A stretch of DNA of 64,000 bases from Verrucomicrobiota bacterium (GCA_043775015.1 JAYVSV010000047.1:335-64334), one strand, 5' to 3'; counted from the stretch's first letter, positions 8,861 to 19,284 are shown. Notes: generated from the letters alone by a model not told the origin. Numbers and translations are program-made.

Positions 8861-9871
8861 TCAGCGACTTTTATTCGCTGCCCGTTGCTTGTGTTGAAGG
8901 TCGCGCAACGGTTTGTAGCCGATGAGAATAATTTTCTGATCAGCGATCAGCTTCTTCATCTCTTCGTCGTGGGTGAACACTTCGAATTGTTGCGAGCGGG
9001 TGGACCATGAACCAGTCACAGCTTTCAATTCGTCGTTTGGGAATCCAGCGTGGATGTAAAGTTCAGTTACGCCCGGCTTCAAATTTTTCACGATGTCCAA
9101 CCAGAATTGTTTCACCCCATTATTTTCCTTCTTCAACTGGTCGAAAACAAAATAGTCCGGTGAAATAATGCCCTTCGCCGCAAACTCGTTGCGCAATTCC
9201 GGATGCCCCATCTTCGCCAACGTTTCCTGTGACGCCATGCGCGCCGGCAGATCAAATTCCACCGCCAATTGCAGGTAACTCTTCATGTAGTCCGGGCTGT
9301 ATTGCAACGTGCCCATGTGGGAATCAATGTGCGTTACATCGACGCCCGCCGCGAGAGCGCGCCGGATTTGCGCCCGCCCTTCGATCAAGGCTTGTTCGGG
9401 ATTGGAGTGAGCGTAAACATCTTCCACAGCTTTCCAAAGGTAACCGCTCGGATCAACCAGGCCGGGAACCTGTTCCCGTGGAGCGACCGGGCCCCAGCGA
9501 TATTTTCCCCATTCCGAAGTGTGACAAAGGTGGATCCCAAAATCTTTTTCGGGATGACTTTTGGCATAATCGGCAATCTCAGTAAACCAGGGGCAGGGAA
9601 CCATGATCGTGGCGCAGCGCATCGACCCTTTCTCCAACGACTCGATGGTGGCGAGATTGGCCGAGTGACACATGCCAACGTCATCGCCGTTGACGATGAG
9701 AATTTTGTCAGTGGATTTATATCCGAGACGCTCGGCGAGCGAAGTAGGTTCGGCAGCGCGAGTGCAGACGGCAGTGATGAGCAATGACACGACCAGCGGA
9801 CAGAATCGAGAGAAGAGCGTTTTACTTGGGTGCATGCGGACGAGATTACTTTTGGAAATCCCGACGCGCAA
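8861..9871 (-). CDS. YdjC/ChbG-family carbohydrate deacetylase-like protein, secreted
   Basis: Motifs ILIVNGDDVGM...ATIMVPCPWF, FGIHL and THIDSHMG (YdjC-like metal/acid-base motifs). Alternative start MHPSK at 9835. Confidence 0.7.
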   Translation of the reverse strand: MRVGISKSNLVRMHPSKTLFSRFCPLVVSLLITAVCTRAAEPTSLAERLGYKSTDKILIVNGDDVGMCHSANLATIESLEKGSMRCATIMVPCPWFTEIADYAKSHPEKDFGIHLCHTSEWGKYRWGPVAPREQVPGLVDPSGYLWKAVEDVYAHSNPEQALIEGRAQIRRALAAGVDVTHIDSHMGTLQYSPDYMKSYLQLAVEFDLPARMASQETLAKMGHPELRNEFAAKGIISPDYFVFDQLKKENNGVKQFWLDIVKNLKPGVTELYIHAGFPNDELKAVTGSWSTRSQQFEVFTHDEEMKKLIADQKIILIGYKPLRDLQHKQRAANKSR

Positions 9872-9934
9872 TCACGTTTGCGCTCCAACGCAGCTTTGGA
9901 GTCGCCATGCCGATTAAAATTCCAGGCGTTTTAA

Positions 9935-10765
9935 TCAAATCTTGATCCCGTAAAACTGGGTCGCACTTTCCCCGAATAACTTTGACTGGACGGAAGATCC
10001 CAGTTGTTGAGCGTAGCGGTCGATCAGATTGAAAACTTTTCCGTAGTTCCCAGCCAACAAACAGACCGGCCAATCTGAGCCGAACATCACGCGATCTTCC
10101 CCGAACGCTTCGAAGGCGGTATCGAGATAAGGTTTGAAATTGGCTGGTTTCCATTTCACCCAATCGGCCTCGGTAACTAAGCCGGAAACTTTGCAGAAGA
10201 CATTCGGAGAATTGGCCAGCTCACGAATGTTTTTGCTCCACGCATCAATTGCGCCGTCACGAATCGCAGGCTTGGCGAGATGATCGAGCGCAAATCGCTG
10301 TTCGGGCAATTGGCGCACGAGTTCAATCGCGGCGGGAAGTTGATGCGGAAACAACAGAAGATCATAGGTAAAGTTGAACTGCTTCAATTCTTTTAGGCCA
10401 CGCACGAAATCCGGTCGCAAAAGAAAACGTTCGTCCGGTTCGTCCTGCACGACGTGCCGGACTCCGACAAAACGAGGATGCCGCGCCAATTCCGCGAGTT
10501 GCTCAACGACCTTTTCCGAACGCAAATCAACCCAACCGACGACGCCTTTGATGAACGAATTTTCGTCAGCCAATTTTAAGAGCCAGCGCGATTCTTCCAA
10601 AGACTGTCGTGCTTGGACGGCGATGGCGCCATCGAAGGCGTGCTGTTGCAAGAGCGGTTGCAAATCGCTTGGAAGAAAATCGCGGCGAATCGGCCAATCG
10701 GATTTCATCCAACCATACTCGGCGATGTTGAATTTCCAAAAATGCTGATGAGAATCAAGACGCAT
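9935..10765 (-). CDS. Amidohydrolase-2 family protein, L-fucono-1,5-lactonase-like
   Basis: Starts MRLDSHQHFWKF (the HxH metal motif of PF04909-type lactonases/decarboxylases) and ends ...VMFGSDWPV. Lies in an operon with aldose dehydrogenase-like and mutarotase genes. Confidence 0.75.
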   Translation of the reverse strand: MRLDSHQHFWKFNIAEYGWMKSDWPIRRDFLPSDLQPLLQQHAFDGAIAVQARQSLEESRWLLKLADENSFIKGVVGWVDLRSEKVVEQLAELARHPRFVGVRHVVQDEPDERFLLRPDFVRGLKELKQFNFTYDLLLFPHQLPAAIELVRQLPEQRFALDHLAKPAIRDGAIDAWSKNIRELANSPNVFCKVSGLVTEADWVKWKPANFKPYLDTAFEAFGEDRVMFGSDWPVCLLAGNYGKVFNLIDRYAQQLGSSVQSKLFGESATQFYGIKI

Positions 10766-10774
10766 GAAAAGCGA

Positions 10775-11626
10775 TTAATTGGAATCCGAAAACCACTTTC
10801 GGAAACTCGCCATCGTTTGTTTCGCCGCGCCATCGCTGTCGGGCAGCGGCAAAATTTCCGCAGAGATGTAGCCTTGATAATTTATTTTACGCAAAGCCCG
10901 CGCAATGGGTGCGATGTCAGTGTGTCCGAAACCAATTGCCTGACGATTGCTGTCAGCGAAGTGAACGTGGCCGAGTTTATTGCCCGCGAGACGCAACGCC
11001 GCCGCGATGTTCGTCTCCTCGATGTTCATGTGAAACAAATCGCAAAGCAGAAAAATATTTTGCGGTTTCAGCGTGTCGAGAAATGCCCGCGCGTCGTCAA
11101 CGCATGTCAGCAAATTTGTTTCATAGCGATTCAGCGGTTCGTAGAGCAGGGGAACGCTATATTTTTCCGCGCGCGCGGCGAGTTCGTTCAGCGCTTCGGC
11201 GAGCCATTCCATCGCTTGCTCGCGCGACACGCCTTCGCCGCAACGACCTTGCATGGAGCCAATGATGGCGGGCGCGCCGAATGGCCCGGCGAAATCAATC
11301 AACTCGGTGACAAACGCGATGGCGGCGCGGCGGATGGCGGCATCGGGATCGGTCAGACGCAGTTTGTGTTTAATCCAACCGGCACCCGACCCGACGGCGG
11401 CGATCTTCAATTTGTGATAATCCAAAAGTGATTTGAGTTCATCGCGATCCAGCGCACCGGCCGATGTTGGAAAAATTTCCACCGCCGAAAATCCGTGAGC
11501 CGCCGCGCGGGCGCAGCCGTCAGCCAGATTGTCCCAGAAAACGAACGGGCCGCCGCGCGCTTCGTTGACCAACGAAATCGTGACAGATGGTCGTATTTTT
11601 GCCGCAGATGCCTTCGGATTCATCAA
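10775..11626 (-). CDS. Sugar phosphate isomerase/epimerase (xylose isomerase-like TIM barrel)
   Basis: Pattern AHGFSAVEIFP..., LLYEPLNRYETNL, LCDLFHMNIEE, HVHFADSNR is typical of the AP-endonuclease-2/xylose-isomerase-like TIM-barrel family. Confidence 0.72.
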   Translation of the reverse strand: MMNPKASAAKIRPSVTISLVNEARGGPFVFWDNLADGCARAAAHGFSAVEIFPTSAGALDRDELKSLLDYHKLKIAAVGSGAGWIKHKLRLTDPDAAIRRAAIAFVTELIDFAGPFGAPAIIGSMQGRCGEGVSREQAMEWLAEALNELAARAEKYSVPLLYEPLNRYETNLLTCVDDARAFLDTLKPQNIFLLCDLFHMNIEETNIAAALRLAGNKLGHVHFADSNRQAIGFGHTDIAPIARALRKINYQGYISAEILPLPDSDGAAKQTMASFRKWFSDSN

Positions 11627-11632
11627 ATTTTC

Positions 11633-12661
11633 TCAGGCCAATTCAACCATCGCTTTGATCACGCCCGTCTCCGGTTTGGTGTAGGAGGGGAAAACTTCGG
11701 GCAAATTGTCGAACGGCGTGCGATGCGTGACCCACGGACGGGTGTCGATCCGCCCTTGCTCGATCAATTGAATGATGCGTGTGAAATCGGCGGAGAGAGC
11801 ATTGCGGCTGGCGAGCAGCATCAATTCGCGGCGATGCATCACCGGCGCGTGTGGAAAGGAGATTTCCTGCTGCGTGATGCCAACGTAAACCAGGCGTCCG
11901 GCAAAGCTGACGTAGTTGAGCGCTTGGCTCATACTCTTGTTGCTGCCCGTGGCATCGATTACCACTTCGGGCAACGAATCGCCGGTCAACGATTTTAGTT
12001 TTTCCAATTCGCTGCCGTCGCCGTTGGTCAGGATCGTGTGCTCGACGCCCAGGTTGTTCCGGCAAAAATCCAGACGCGACGCACTCATGTCCATGACAAT
12101 GGTTTTTGCTCTGGAAATTTTGGCGAACTCCAACACCGAAAGTCCGATGGGTCCAGCGCCAATGACGAGGACGCTTTCACCCGGTTGAGGATTGCCGCGG
12201 TTAATCGCGTGACAGCCAATCGCCAACGTTTCGACGAGCGCCAGTTGCTCAAAGGAAAGTTTGCGCGACACATGGAGTTTTCGTGCGGGCACCGCAAACA
12301 GCGGACGCAATCCACCGTCGCAATGCACGCCGAGCGTCTGGTTATTTTCGCAACAGTTGGTGTGCCTGCGACGACACGAAGAGCATTTTTGACAATTAAT
12401 ATATGGCTCGACCGAACAGCGGTCGCCCCGTTTTACGTTGGTCACATCAGCGCCCACCGCGACGACTTCCACGCCGAGTTCGTGGCCAGGAATGCGCGGG
12501 TAACTGAAGAACGCCATCTTGCCGAGATACCCGGAAATATCGGTTCCACAAATTCCAACACGATGCACGCGCACCAACGCTTCGCCCGGACCGGGAGCCG
12601 CGGGTTCGGGAATTTCAATGGCGCGAAACAACAGTGGCTTTTCGAGTTGAATGGCTTTCAC
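11633..12661 (-). CDS. Zinc-dependent medium-chain alcohol/polyol dehydrogenase
   Basis: GICGTDISGY, GHELGVEV, structural-Zn Cys cluster CQKCSSCRRRHTNCC and Rossmann VLVIGAGPIG. I place the start at GTG 12661 (VKAIQLEK), 2 nt after the upstream stop. The track's longer ORF overlaps the AKR gene. Confidence 0.85.
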   Translation of the reverse strand: MKAIQLEKPLLFRAIEIPEPAAPGPGEALVRVHRVGICGTDISGYLGKMAFFSYPRIPGHELGVEVVAVGADVTNVKRGDRCSVEPYINCQKCSSCRRRHTNCCENNQTLGVHCDGGLRPLFAVPARKLHVSRKLSFEQLALVETLAIGCHAINRGNPQPGESVLVIGAGPIGLSVLEFAKISRAKTIVMDMSASRLDFCRNNLGVEHTILTNGDGSELEKLKSLTGDSLPEVVIDATGSNKSMSQALNYVSFAGRLVYVGITQQEISFPHAPVMHRRELMLLASRNALSADFTRIIQLIEQGRIDTRPWVTHRTPFDNLPEVFPSYTKPETGVIKAMVELA

Positions 12662-12663
12662 GA

Positions 12664-13602
12664 TTAATTGTTCTCCAGCAGTCCTTCGGTGTGGCCGAGA
12701 TTTTTTACCGCCGAGAAAATGTTTTGCACTTCGCCGAGCAATGTCGCATCGATCGGTTCTGCGGCCCACTCAACCCATTTTTCAATGTGCTCCGGCGTGG
12801 CGGTGCCGGCGACCGTGGTCGTGATGTCTTCGTTGGCGAGCGAAAATTGCAACGCGAGTTTTGCGATGTCCACGCCCCGGCTTTGGCAATGTTCCGCCGC
12901 GCGTCGAGCCGCAGCCCTGACGTTCTCCGGTTCCTTGAGCCACTTGGGCAACGGTGCATTCGTCAACAAGCGCGCGCTGAATGGACCGGCGTTTATGACG
13001 CCAACGCCGCGTGTTTTAAGAAATGGAATTATCTCATCGGCGTAACGCGTGTTTTGCAACGTGTATTGGTTGTAGCTGAGGACGACATCAAGGTCGGTTT
13101 GATCCAGGGCGAATTTAAAAATTTTCATCGGATAACCCGAGATGCCGATGAAACGAACTTTTCCCTGCTTCTTCAATTTGCGCAAAGCGGGCAGGGTTTC
13201 ATCGACGATCTGTTGCATTGGCACGAACTCGATGTCGTGGCAGAGAACCATATCCAGATAATCCGTGCCGAGGCGGTGCAGGCTTACATCTACGCTCTCG
13301 ATGACGCGGCGGGCCGAAAAATCAAAATGATTCAGGTCGTAGCGCCCGAGTTTTGTTCCGAGCATGTAACTTGCGCGCGGGACATCGCGAAGGGCGATGC
13401 CGAGCAAAATTTCGCTCAAGCCGCGCCCGTAAAAAGGTGAGGTGTCGATGAAGTTCAAACCGTTTTCCAGCGCGACGCGAACGGTTCGCAATGCTGTGTC
13501 CAATTTGACCGGGCCGAATTCCTGCCCAAGCGATGACGCGCCGAAACTTAAGATCGGTAGTTGCAAACCGGTTTTTCCCAACGGGCGAGTTTTCATCAGC
13601 AA
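12664..13602 (-). CDS. Aldo/keto reductase, D-threo-aldose (L-fucose) 1-dehydrogenase-like
   Basis: MKTRPLGKTGLQLPILSFGASSLG...FIDTSPFYG...LGTDYLDMVLCHD are AKR family motifs. Operon context with a FucU-like gene and a lactonase-like gene. Confidence 0.8.
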   Translation of the reverse strand: MLMKTRPLGKTGLQLPILSFGASSLGQEFGPVKLDTALRTVRVALENGLNFIDTSPFYGRGLSEILLGIALRDVPRASYMLGTKLGRYDLNHFDFSARRVIESVDVSLHRLGTDYLDMVLCHDIEFVPMQQIVDETLPALRKLKKQGKVRFIGISGYPMKIFKFALDQTDLDVVLSYNQYTLQNTRYADEIIPFLKTRGVGVINAGPFSARLLTNAPLPKWLKEPENVRAAARRAAEHCQSRGVDIAKLALQFSLANEDITTTVAGTATPEHIEKWVEWAAEPIDATLLGEVQNIFSAVKNLGHTEGLLENN

Positions 13603-13623
13603 ATTATAAATGAGAAATTTTTT

Positions 13624-14070
13624 TCACGGTTGGCGGGCACCCATTGTGAGGAGGACGTTAGCCCAAAGTGCCTGATCACCGGTTTGGATGGTGAGCACGT
13701 GATCCGGCGATTCCACCGCCTTGTAGAAATCCCATTTCAGAATGGGTTTTAATTGCAGCGTCGAACCGCTTTTCTTGAGGACGTCGCGAAATTCATTCCA
13801 CACCGGTGGCTCTCCTTTTTGTGCGTAAGAATCATCCGCCGGAATCCCCATGGTCTCGATGTGATCCACTGGAACCGCGCTCAGCACGGCACTCAAGGCT
13901 TGCGCCACCGTTACGACGCCGGGCGAAAGATTCAGGCAAACGATTTCCGCGTTCGCACCTTTCTTGGTGGACGCGGGATAATTTCCATCCGCGATTAAAA
14001 TTTTGGCGTGATGACCGGCCCGCCCGAGAACTTCATTTATTTTTGGATGAAGCAGTTGGTGATTGAGCAT
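13624..14070 (-). CDS. RbsD/FucU family sugar mutarotase (L-fucose mutarotase / D-ribose pyranase-like)
   Basis: LLHPKINEVLGRAGHHAKILIADGNYP...VDHIETM is typical of the RbsD/FucU family. First gene of the minus-strand sugar operon. Confidence 0.82.
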   Translation of the reverse strand: MLNHQLLHPKINEVLGRAGHHAKILIADGNYPASTKKGANAEIVCLNLSPGVVTVAQALSAVLSAVPVDHIETMGIPADDSYAQKGEPPVWNEFRDVLKKSGSTLQLKPILKWDFYKAVESPDHVLTIQTGDQALWANVLLTMGARQP

Positions 14071-14387
14071 ATTTTTTGCGATTAGCTAACCGACGCCGGG
14101 TCACGAGTTTTTAAGTTTTTCACAGCGAAGGAACTGTTTGTTAAATGCCGGAGCAGTGTCAAACTTCTTCGCGAAGCCGCTCATTGTTTTGGCGTGTTGC
14201 CAAGTGCGTTGAGCGAATTGGCTCAAACATCCGCGTTTGCCAAACTGGGCCTCGTGAAAATTTGTTGCAGCAGGAATCTGATGAACAAACTCAGTTGCAT
14301 CGCGAAATGAGACGGAGTAATATGGAAGCATCAATACCGGATGAAGTGAAGTTCGCAGCTTCACTTATTTGGTTAGAAAGAAAAAAC

Positions 14388-14747
14388 ATGATCTCGAATG
14401 AACGTCCTTCGCCCTATGGTAATAATCGGCCTTACAATTCCGGTTATAACTCAGGTTATAACTCCGGCTACAAGTCTGGCTATAATTCCGGGCCGCCCAA
14501 GCCGCATGTGGTCGAAGACACTCTCAAAACCGACCGCGTCCAGATTGAGCGGAAGACTTTTATTTTCACGTTGAAAGAAAATCCACGTGGACGTTTCCTG
14601 CGCATTACCGAAGAGGTCAATGGCAAGCGCGACAACCTGATTATTCCTGCGACCGGCTTGGACGAGTTTAAGAAAATTCTCGACGCCATGGTTCTGGCCA
14701 GCGCCGAAATTCCTCAGAAAGCGGAAGAGCAGCCTCCGTTGCCCTAA
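14388..14747 (+). CDS. PUR-alpha-like (single PUR repeat) ssDNA/RNA-binding protein with N-terminal YNSG repeat
   Basis: The internal ATG of ORF 14145..14747 is preferred. LKTDRVQIERKTFIFTLKENPRGRFLRITEEVNGKRDNLIIPATGLDEFKKILDAMV matches the PUR-repeat pattern (K-x-F-x-F-x-L-K-E-N-x-R-G-R-F-L-R-I-x-E). The N-terminal part is low-complexity. Confidence 0.6.
   Translation: MISNERPSPYGNNRPYNSGYNSGYNSGYKSGYNSGPPKPHVVEDTLKTDRVQIERKTFIFTLKENPRGRFLRITEEVNGKRDNLIIPATGLDEFKKILDAMVLASAEIPQKAEEQPPLP
14433..14492 (+). repeat. Five tandem 12-nt units encoding (YNSG)x3-YKSG-YNSG
   Basis: tacaattccggt / tataactcaggt / tataactccggc / tacaagtctggc / tataattccggg. Units differ mostly at synonymous positions. 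Confidence 0.9.
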
Positions 14748-14775
14748 ATTGCGGACGGGCGTCAGGGCACGCCGG

Positions 14776-16275
14776 TCATTCGAGACCCGTGCCGTGAACA
14801 TGGATCAGCCGCACCCGGTCGGCATGGGTGATTTCGCTTTTCTTATTGGTATTTTTGAAATCGCAATTCGCAATCGTGACGTCGGTGACTTTGGTCTTTT
14901 CAGATAATCCTTCGATGACAATCGCCTGTTCGAGTTTCACGAACGTGACGTTCCGAATATCAACATGGCGAATTCTCGGAATTGTCTCTCCCGCCGTCAC
15001 CTTGTCGTAAATCATCGTGATGTGAATTCCCGTGACCGCCGTATCGACGGTGCAATCGCGTGCGAAAAAGTTTTCGATGAACCCGCCGCGGCGCGGATTC
15101 GTCTTGAGCCGCAAAGCCATTTTTAAATCGGGGCTGTCGAAATTACATTTCTCAGCGAAAACATTTCGAATCCCTGCCGCCGTCTCGCTGCCCGCCGTGA
15201 CGCCGCCGTGACCCGCTTTGAAGTGACAGTTCCGAATCACAATATTTTCGCATGGAATATTCACACGCCGACCATCCGCGTCGCGTCCTGATTTGATCGC
15301 GATGCAATCATCGTCCGTATTGAACGTGCAGTTTTCGATTAACACGTCGAAGCACGATTCCGGGTCGCATCCATCGGTGTTCGGTGCTTTGACGCCGACG
15401 CTCTTCGTGTCCACCGTCACGCCGCGAACCGTGACGTTCGTGCAGTAAAGCGGATTCAAAACCCACATTGGCGAATCGATCAAGCGAACCCCTTCGATCA
15501 AAACATTGCGACAACGCACCGGTTGCACAAAATTTGGTCGCAGAAAATGTCCGCCGCCAAAAACGCGTTCCCTGGTCGGCACACCTTGATCGCCCATGGC
15601 CACGAGTTTGTTCTGGTCTTCCTTGCCGGTGTCCTTCCATTTATGCCAAACCGATTTCGAAGCCTGTCCGTCAATTGTTCCTTTACCGGTGATCGCGATA
15701 TTCTCCTGTCCAAATGCGTAAATGAACGGCGAATAGTTCATCACCTCCGTGCTTTCAAAACGGGTGAACACCACCGGAAGAAAGTTCTTCGGTTCCGTGC
15801 TGAACAGAATCGTGGCCTCCTTCACAAGGTGCAAATTGACGCCGCTCTTCAGATGAATTGCGCCGGTCAAAAATTTTCCCGCAGGCACTACCACCCGTCC
15901 GCCACCCGCTTCGTGGCAAGCTGCCACCGCTTTCGCGAACGCCTGCGTGCAATCCGTCTTTCCGTCGGCTACCGCGCCGAATTTTGTGATCACAAAATCG
16001 CGTTTTGGAAAAGTGGGAGGCACGATGCGCGCGACAATTTCCGGTAACTTCGCCCAAATTCGCGCGGCTGCTTCGGCATCTTCCTTGGACTCGGCATTGG
16101 TTTGCGTTACGCCAGATTCGGTCGCCGCCGCGCGAGCCACCGCAAATTTTCCGAAACCGATCACGCAAAACGCAGACGTCAATGAGATGATGCTCAATCC
16201 AAAAACCCTCGTGTAGATCGGCTTGAAATGAATCGGTGCGACCGAATTTTTTGTTCGCTTCGAGTGGATTAACAT
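14776..16275 (-). CDS. Glycoside hydrolase family 28 (polygalacturonase-like, right-handed beta-helix)
   Basis: ITKFGAVADGKTDCTQAFAKAV...GGRVVVPAGKFLTGAIHLKS, NTDGCDP, DDDCIAIKSG, GHGGVTAGSE are GH28 signature segments. Confidence 0.85.
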   Translation of the reverse strand: MLIHSKRTKNSVAPIHFKPIYTRVFGLSIISLTSAFCVIGFGKFAVARAAATESGVTQTNAESKEDAEAAARIWAKLPEIVARIVPPTFPKRDFVITKFGAVADGKTDCTQAFAKAVAACHEAGGGRVVVPAGKFLTGAIHLKSGVNLHLVKEATILFSTEPKNFLPVVFTRFESTEVMNYSPFIYAFGQENIAITGKGTIDGQASKSVWHKWKDTGKEDQNKLVAMGDQGVPTRERVFGGGHFLRPNFVQPVRCRNVLIEGVRLIDSPMWVLNPLYCTNVTVRGVTVDTKSVGVKAPNTDGCDPESCFDVLIENCTFNTDDDCIAIKSGRDADGRRVNIPCENIVIRNCHFKAGHGGVTAGSETAAGIRNVFAEKCNFDSPDLKMALRLKTNPRRGGFIENFFARDCTVDTAVTGIHITMIYDKVTAGETIPRIRHVDIRNVTFVKLEQAIVIEGLSEKTKVTDVTIANCDFKNTNKKSEITHADRVRLIHVHGTGLE

Positions 16276-16496
16276 TTACGCAGTTTAGCGGGTCAACCTT
16301 TTTCAGGAACACAGTTGTTCTGCAAAGATAGTTGAGAAAAGTGCACGTAGGTTCTCGTCACGAAGTGGTCGAAACCAACTCTTCGCCCTCGTTTCCGAAG
16401 AGGGACGCTCAAGGACGGTACCAACGCCGCGCCCCGATAGGTCACATCACCAACTACGAGGAGCGAAAGTTGGCACATTACAACTTGCCGATCCGT

Positions 16497-17552
16497 TCAG
16501 GCCTTTTCTGGCCGCCGCAGCGTTAGACGCGGGTGGAAGATCGTCTTTAGCTCTTTGCTAATATTTATGATGGACAGGTGGTTGAGCGGGAACTCCAGAA
16601 AAACATGAGTGAGCGACAGAAAGAAAAGCCAGCGCAGCCCAAAGCGGTAGTCATAAAGATAAGCGCCGATGGAGGCCAGCCAGATCACGATGACGAGGAG
16701 AAACCGGGATCGCGGGATGTTGTGCCACTGGATGATGGAGGTTTTGGAGAACCAGTTCAGATAATGGTAGGTGTAGGCGAAGGCGATCAGCCCCATGACC
16801 GCTTGCGCCGTGGGCGAATGGTAGAGGATGGTGTTGACGTATTTCACGTATTCGAAAACGTTCGCCGGCACATTCAGATCGTGCTGGCGGAAAGGTGTCA
16901 TGAGCGAGAAGTTCAACTGCGCGAACACCAGATAGGTTTTCTGAACATACTCCCCGACTTGGTTGTCTGAACGGGTCGGGCCAAGGATAAAAAAGCTCAG
17001 GGAACAAAGACCGAAGACCGCCAGCGAACTGATGCCCGAAACGCTGCGCCCTTTCAACGCCCCGGCGAGGATGAAAAGCCCGGTGAAGACAAAAACGTGA
17101 ACGATGGTCGGCAGCAGCACCGAAAAGAGCGATTGGAAAAAATCAATTCGTAGGACCAGGCCGGTTGTCGCGAGCAGGGCTAGGAAACAGATCAACCGCC
17201 GCCGCCACGTGCTGGCGAGCACGAAGACGAGCGCACTGCCAAAGGCGAGGTAAGTGACCGCCACGCGCAGCCACGCCGGGAGGTCCGGCACGATGCGCAT
17301 GTCCACGATTGCGATGATGGCGGCGAAGGCGACCAACACGAGATAATCATTCCGGCCGCGCGTGAAATATTTCCGGTCATGCAGCCAGGAAATTTCCGTG
17401 AGGTAATGCAGCGGGCCCAACAGCGCGTAAACAAAGAGGAACAGCTCAAATGGCTTCACGAATGCCGCCCAAGCCGTGATGAGCATCAGCCCGATGTTCA
17501 AATAATTGAGTTGATCGGTGGAAAGCGTGGAGAGCGAGGTGGTTTTTTTCAC
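16497..17552 (-). CDS. Polytopic integral membrane protein, function unknown
   Basis: 351 aa with many hydrophobic segments throughout ([52 protein letters not shown]...). No motif I recognise. Confidence 0.6.
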   Translation of the reverse strand: MKKTTSLSTLSTDQLNYLNIGLMLITAWAAFVKPFELFLFVYALLGPLHYLTEISWLHDRKYFTRGRNDYLVLVAFAAIIAIVDMRIVPDLPAWLRVAVTYLAFGSALVFVLASTWRRRLICFLALLATTGLVLRIDFFQSLFSVLLPTIVHVFVFTGLFILAGALKGRSVSGISSLAVFGLCSLSFFILGPTRSDNQVGEYVQKTYLVFAQLNFSLMTPFRQHDLNVPANVFEYVKYVNTILYHSPTAQAVMGLIAFAYTYHYLNWFSKTSIIQWHNIPRSRFLLVIVIWLASIGAYLYDYRFGLRWLFFLSLTHVFLEFPLNHLSIINISKELKTIFHPRLTLRRPEKA

Positions 17553-17715
17553 GCGTCGTCGGGAGTGGTGGATCCATCACCTTGGAACATGGCTGCGATC
17601 ATACAATCCGCCTAACGGGAGAGTCAAACGAGGAATCGACCGGCGGCGGAAATTTACCGCGTCCGGATCTGTCATTTCGAAAATCGCAGGCGGCACGGCA
17701 ACGGCGCGGCAGGTG

Positions 17716-19284
17716 TCATGCGTCTGCGCGAATGAGGTCGGCGGCTTTTTCTGCAATCATGATCGTTGGGGCGTTCGTGTTGCCGCCGACGATGGTCGGC
17801 ATGATGGACGCATCCACGACGCGCAAACCGGTCACGCCATGCACGCGCAGTTGCGCGTCCACGACCGCGAGCGGATCACTGCCCATCTTGCATGTGCCGA
17901 CAGGGTGATAGATCGTTTCGATTTTGGCGCGCGCGAAGTCGCCCCACTCTGCATCGCTTTGCACGTGCGCACCGGGCATTTCCTCTGCGCCGCGATACGG
18001 CGCAAAGGTATTTGCTTGCGCGAGTTGCCGCCCAAATTTGAGTCCTGCAACCAACACCTGCAAATCTGCGTTGGCGTGCAGGTAGTTCGCTTGAATGCGC
18101 GGCGGCGCGAGTGGGTCAGGGCTTTGCAGAGAGATGACGCCGCGACTCTGCGGATACAGCAGCGTCGGCACAAGCGTGAAGCCGTGCCAAGGCGGGGGCG
18201 GCGAGCCATGGTCTGCTAAATAAACGGGCGCGAAGTGGTATTGCAGATTCGGGTAGGCGAGCGTCGGCTCAGTCTTGATGAAGCCGCCTGCTTCCGCGAC
18301 GTTGGAAGTAAGCGAACCACGTTTAAAAATCAGGTATTTCAGCAGGTTGGGCAACGTCTCCACGCCAAAGAGGGAGAGAGGTTGCGTGCAACGATAGAGC
18401 ACGGGAGCGACGATGTGGTCTTGCAGATTTTGCCCGACGCCCGGCAAGTCCACCACCATTGCGAGGTCGTGTGCGCGCAGGTGCGCGGCGGGTCCTACGC
18501 CCGACAAGAGCAATAACTGTGGCGAGTTGATTGCGCCGCCGCACAAGATGACCTCGCGCCTGGCGCGTGCTTCAAGTGTTTGTCCGTTTTGCACGTAGGC
18601 GACGCCAACGGCGTGGCAAGCCTCGAAGAGCACGCGGGTGGTGTGCGCGTGCATCTGCACGGTGAGGTTCGCGCGCGTTTGCGCGGGCTTCAGATACGCG
18701 GCGGCGGTGCTCCAGCGCGCGCCGTTTTTTTGCGTCACTTGATAGAGTCCGAAGCCCGCCGTGTCTGCGCCGTTGAAGTCGTTGTTGCGCGGTTGCCCCA
18801 ACTCTTGCGCGGCTTGCACGAACGCACGCGAGAGCGGATTCGGTGTGCGCAAGTCCGCGACGTTGAGCGGGCCGCCCGTGCCGTGCAATGCTGTCTCGCC
18901 GCGCTCTTGGTGCTGCGCCTTCTTGAAGTAGGGGAGTACATCCGCGAAACTCCAGCCTTCGTTGCCTTGTTCCGCCCAGCTATCGTAATCGCGTTGATGT
19001 CCGCGAATGTAGATCATCGCATTGATCGAGCTGGAGCCGCCGATCATCTTGCCCCGGGGCCAGTAGAGTTTGCGATTGCCGAGTTGTGGTTCCGCGTCGG
19101 TGTAATACGCCCAATCGCGTTCGGTGCGGAAAAGCTTCGAGAAGGCGAGCGGAATCTTGGTTTCTCTGACTTTGTCCGTGCCGCCCGCTTCGAGCAACAG
19201 CACGGTGACGTTGGGGTCTGCTGACAGCCGGTTCGCGAGCACACAGCCCGCCGAGCCTGCTCCTATTATGATGTAATCGTACAT
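17716..19284 (-). CDS. GMC family FAD-dependent oxidoreductase (choline dehydrogenase-like)
   Basis: [35 protein letters not shown] (FAD GxGxxG), [10 protein letters not shown]-terminal HPVGTCKMG and VVDASIMP. Confidence 0.9.
   Translation of the reverse strand: MYDYIIIGAGSAGCVLANRLSADPNVTVLLLEAGGTDKVRETKIPLAFSKLFRTERDWAYYTDAEPQLGNRKLYWPRGKMIGGSSSINAMIYIRGHQRDYDSWAEQGNEGWSFADVLPYFKKAQHQERGETALHGTGGPLNVADLRTPNPLSRAFVQAAQELGQPRNNDFNGADTAGFGLYQVTQKNGARWSTAAAYLKPAQTRANLTVQMHAHTTRVLFEACHAVGVAYVQNGQTLEARARREVILCGGAINSPQLLLLSGVGPAAHLRAHDLAMVVDLPGVGQNLQDHIVAPVLYRCTQPLSLFGVETLPNLLKYLIFKRGSLTSNVAEAGGFIKTEPTLAYPNLQYHFAPVYLADHGSPPPPWHGFTLVPTLLYPQSRGVISLQSPDPLAPPRIQANYLHANADLQVLVAGLKFGRQLAQANTFAPYRGAEEMPGAHVQSDAEWGDFARAKIETIYHPVGTCKMGSDPLAVVDAQLRVHGVTGLRVVDASIMPTIVGGNTNAPTIMIAEKAADLIRADA

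Noticed and set aside
10613-13440. Several 200-270-aa plus-strand ORFs (10613..11431, 12038..12667, 12634..13440)
   Set aside because: All are antisense to motif-supported minus-strand operon genes (TIM barrel, Zn-ADH, AKR).
14433-14492. Tandem repeats considered as a CRISPR-like or VNTR array
   Set aside because: The 12-nt units are in-frame within a CDS and have no spacers. No CRISPR-type repeat-spacer array was seen anywhere in the window.
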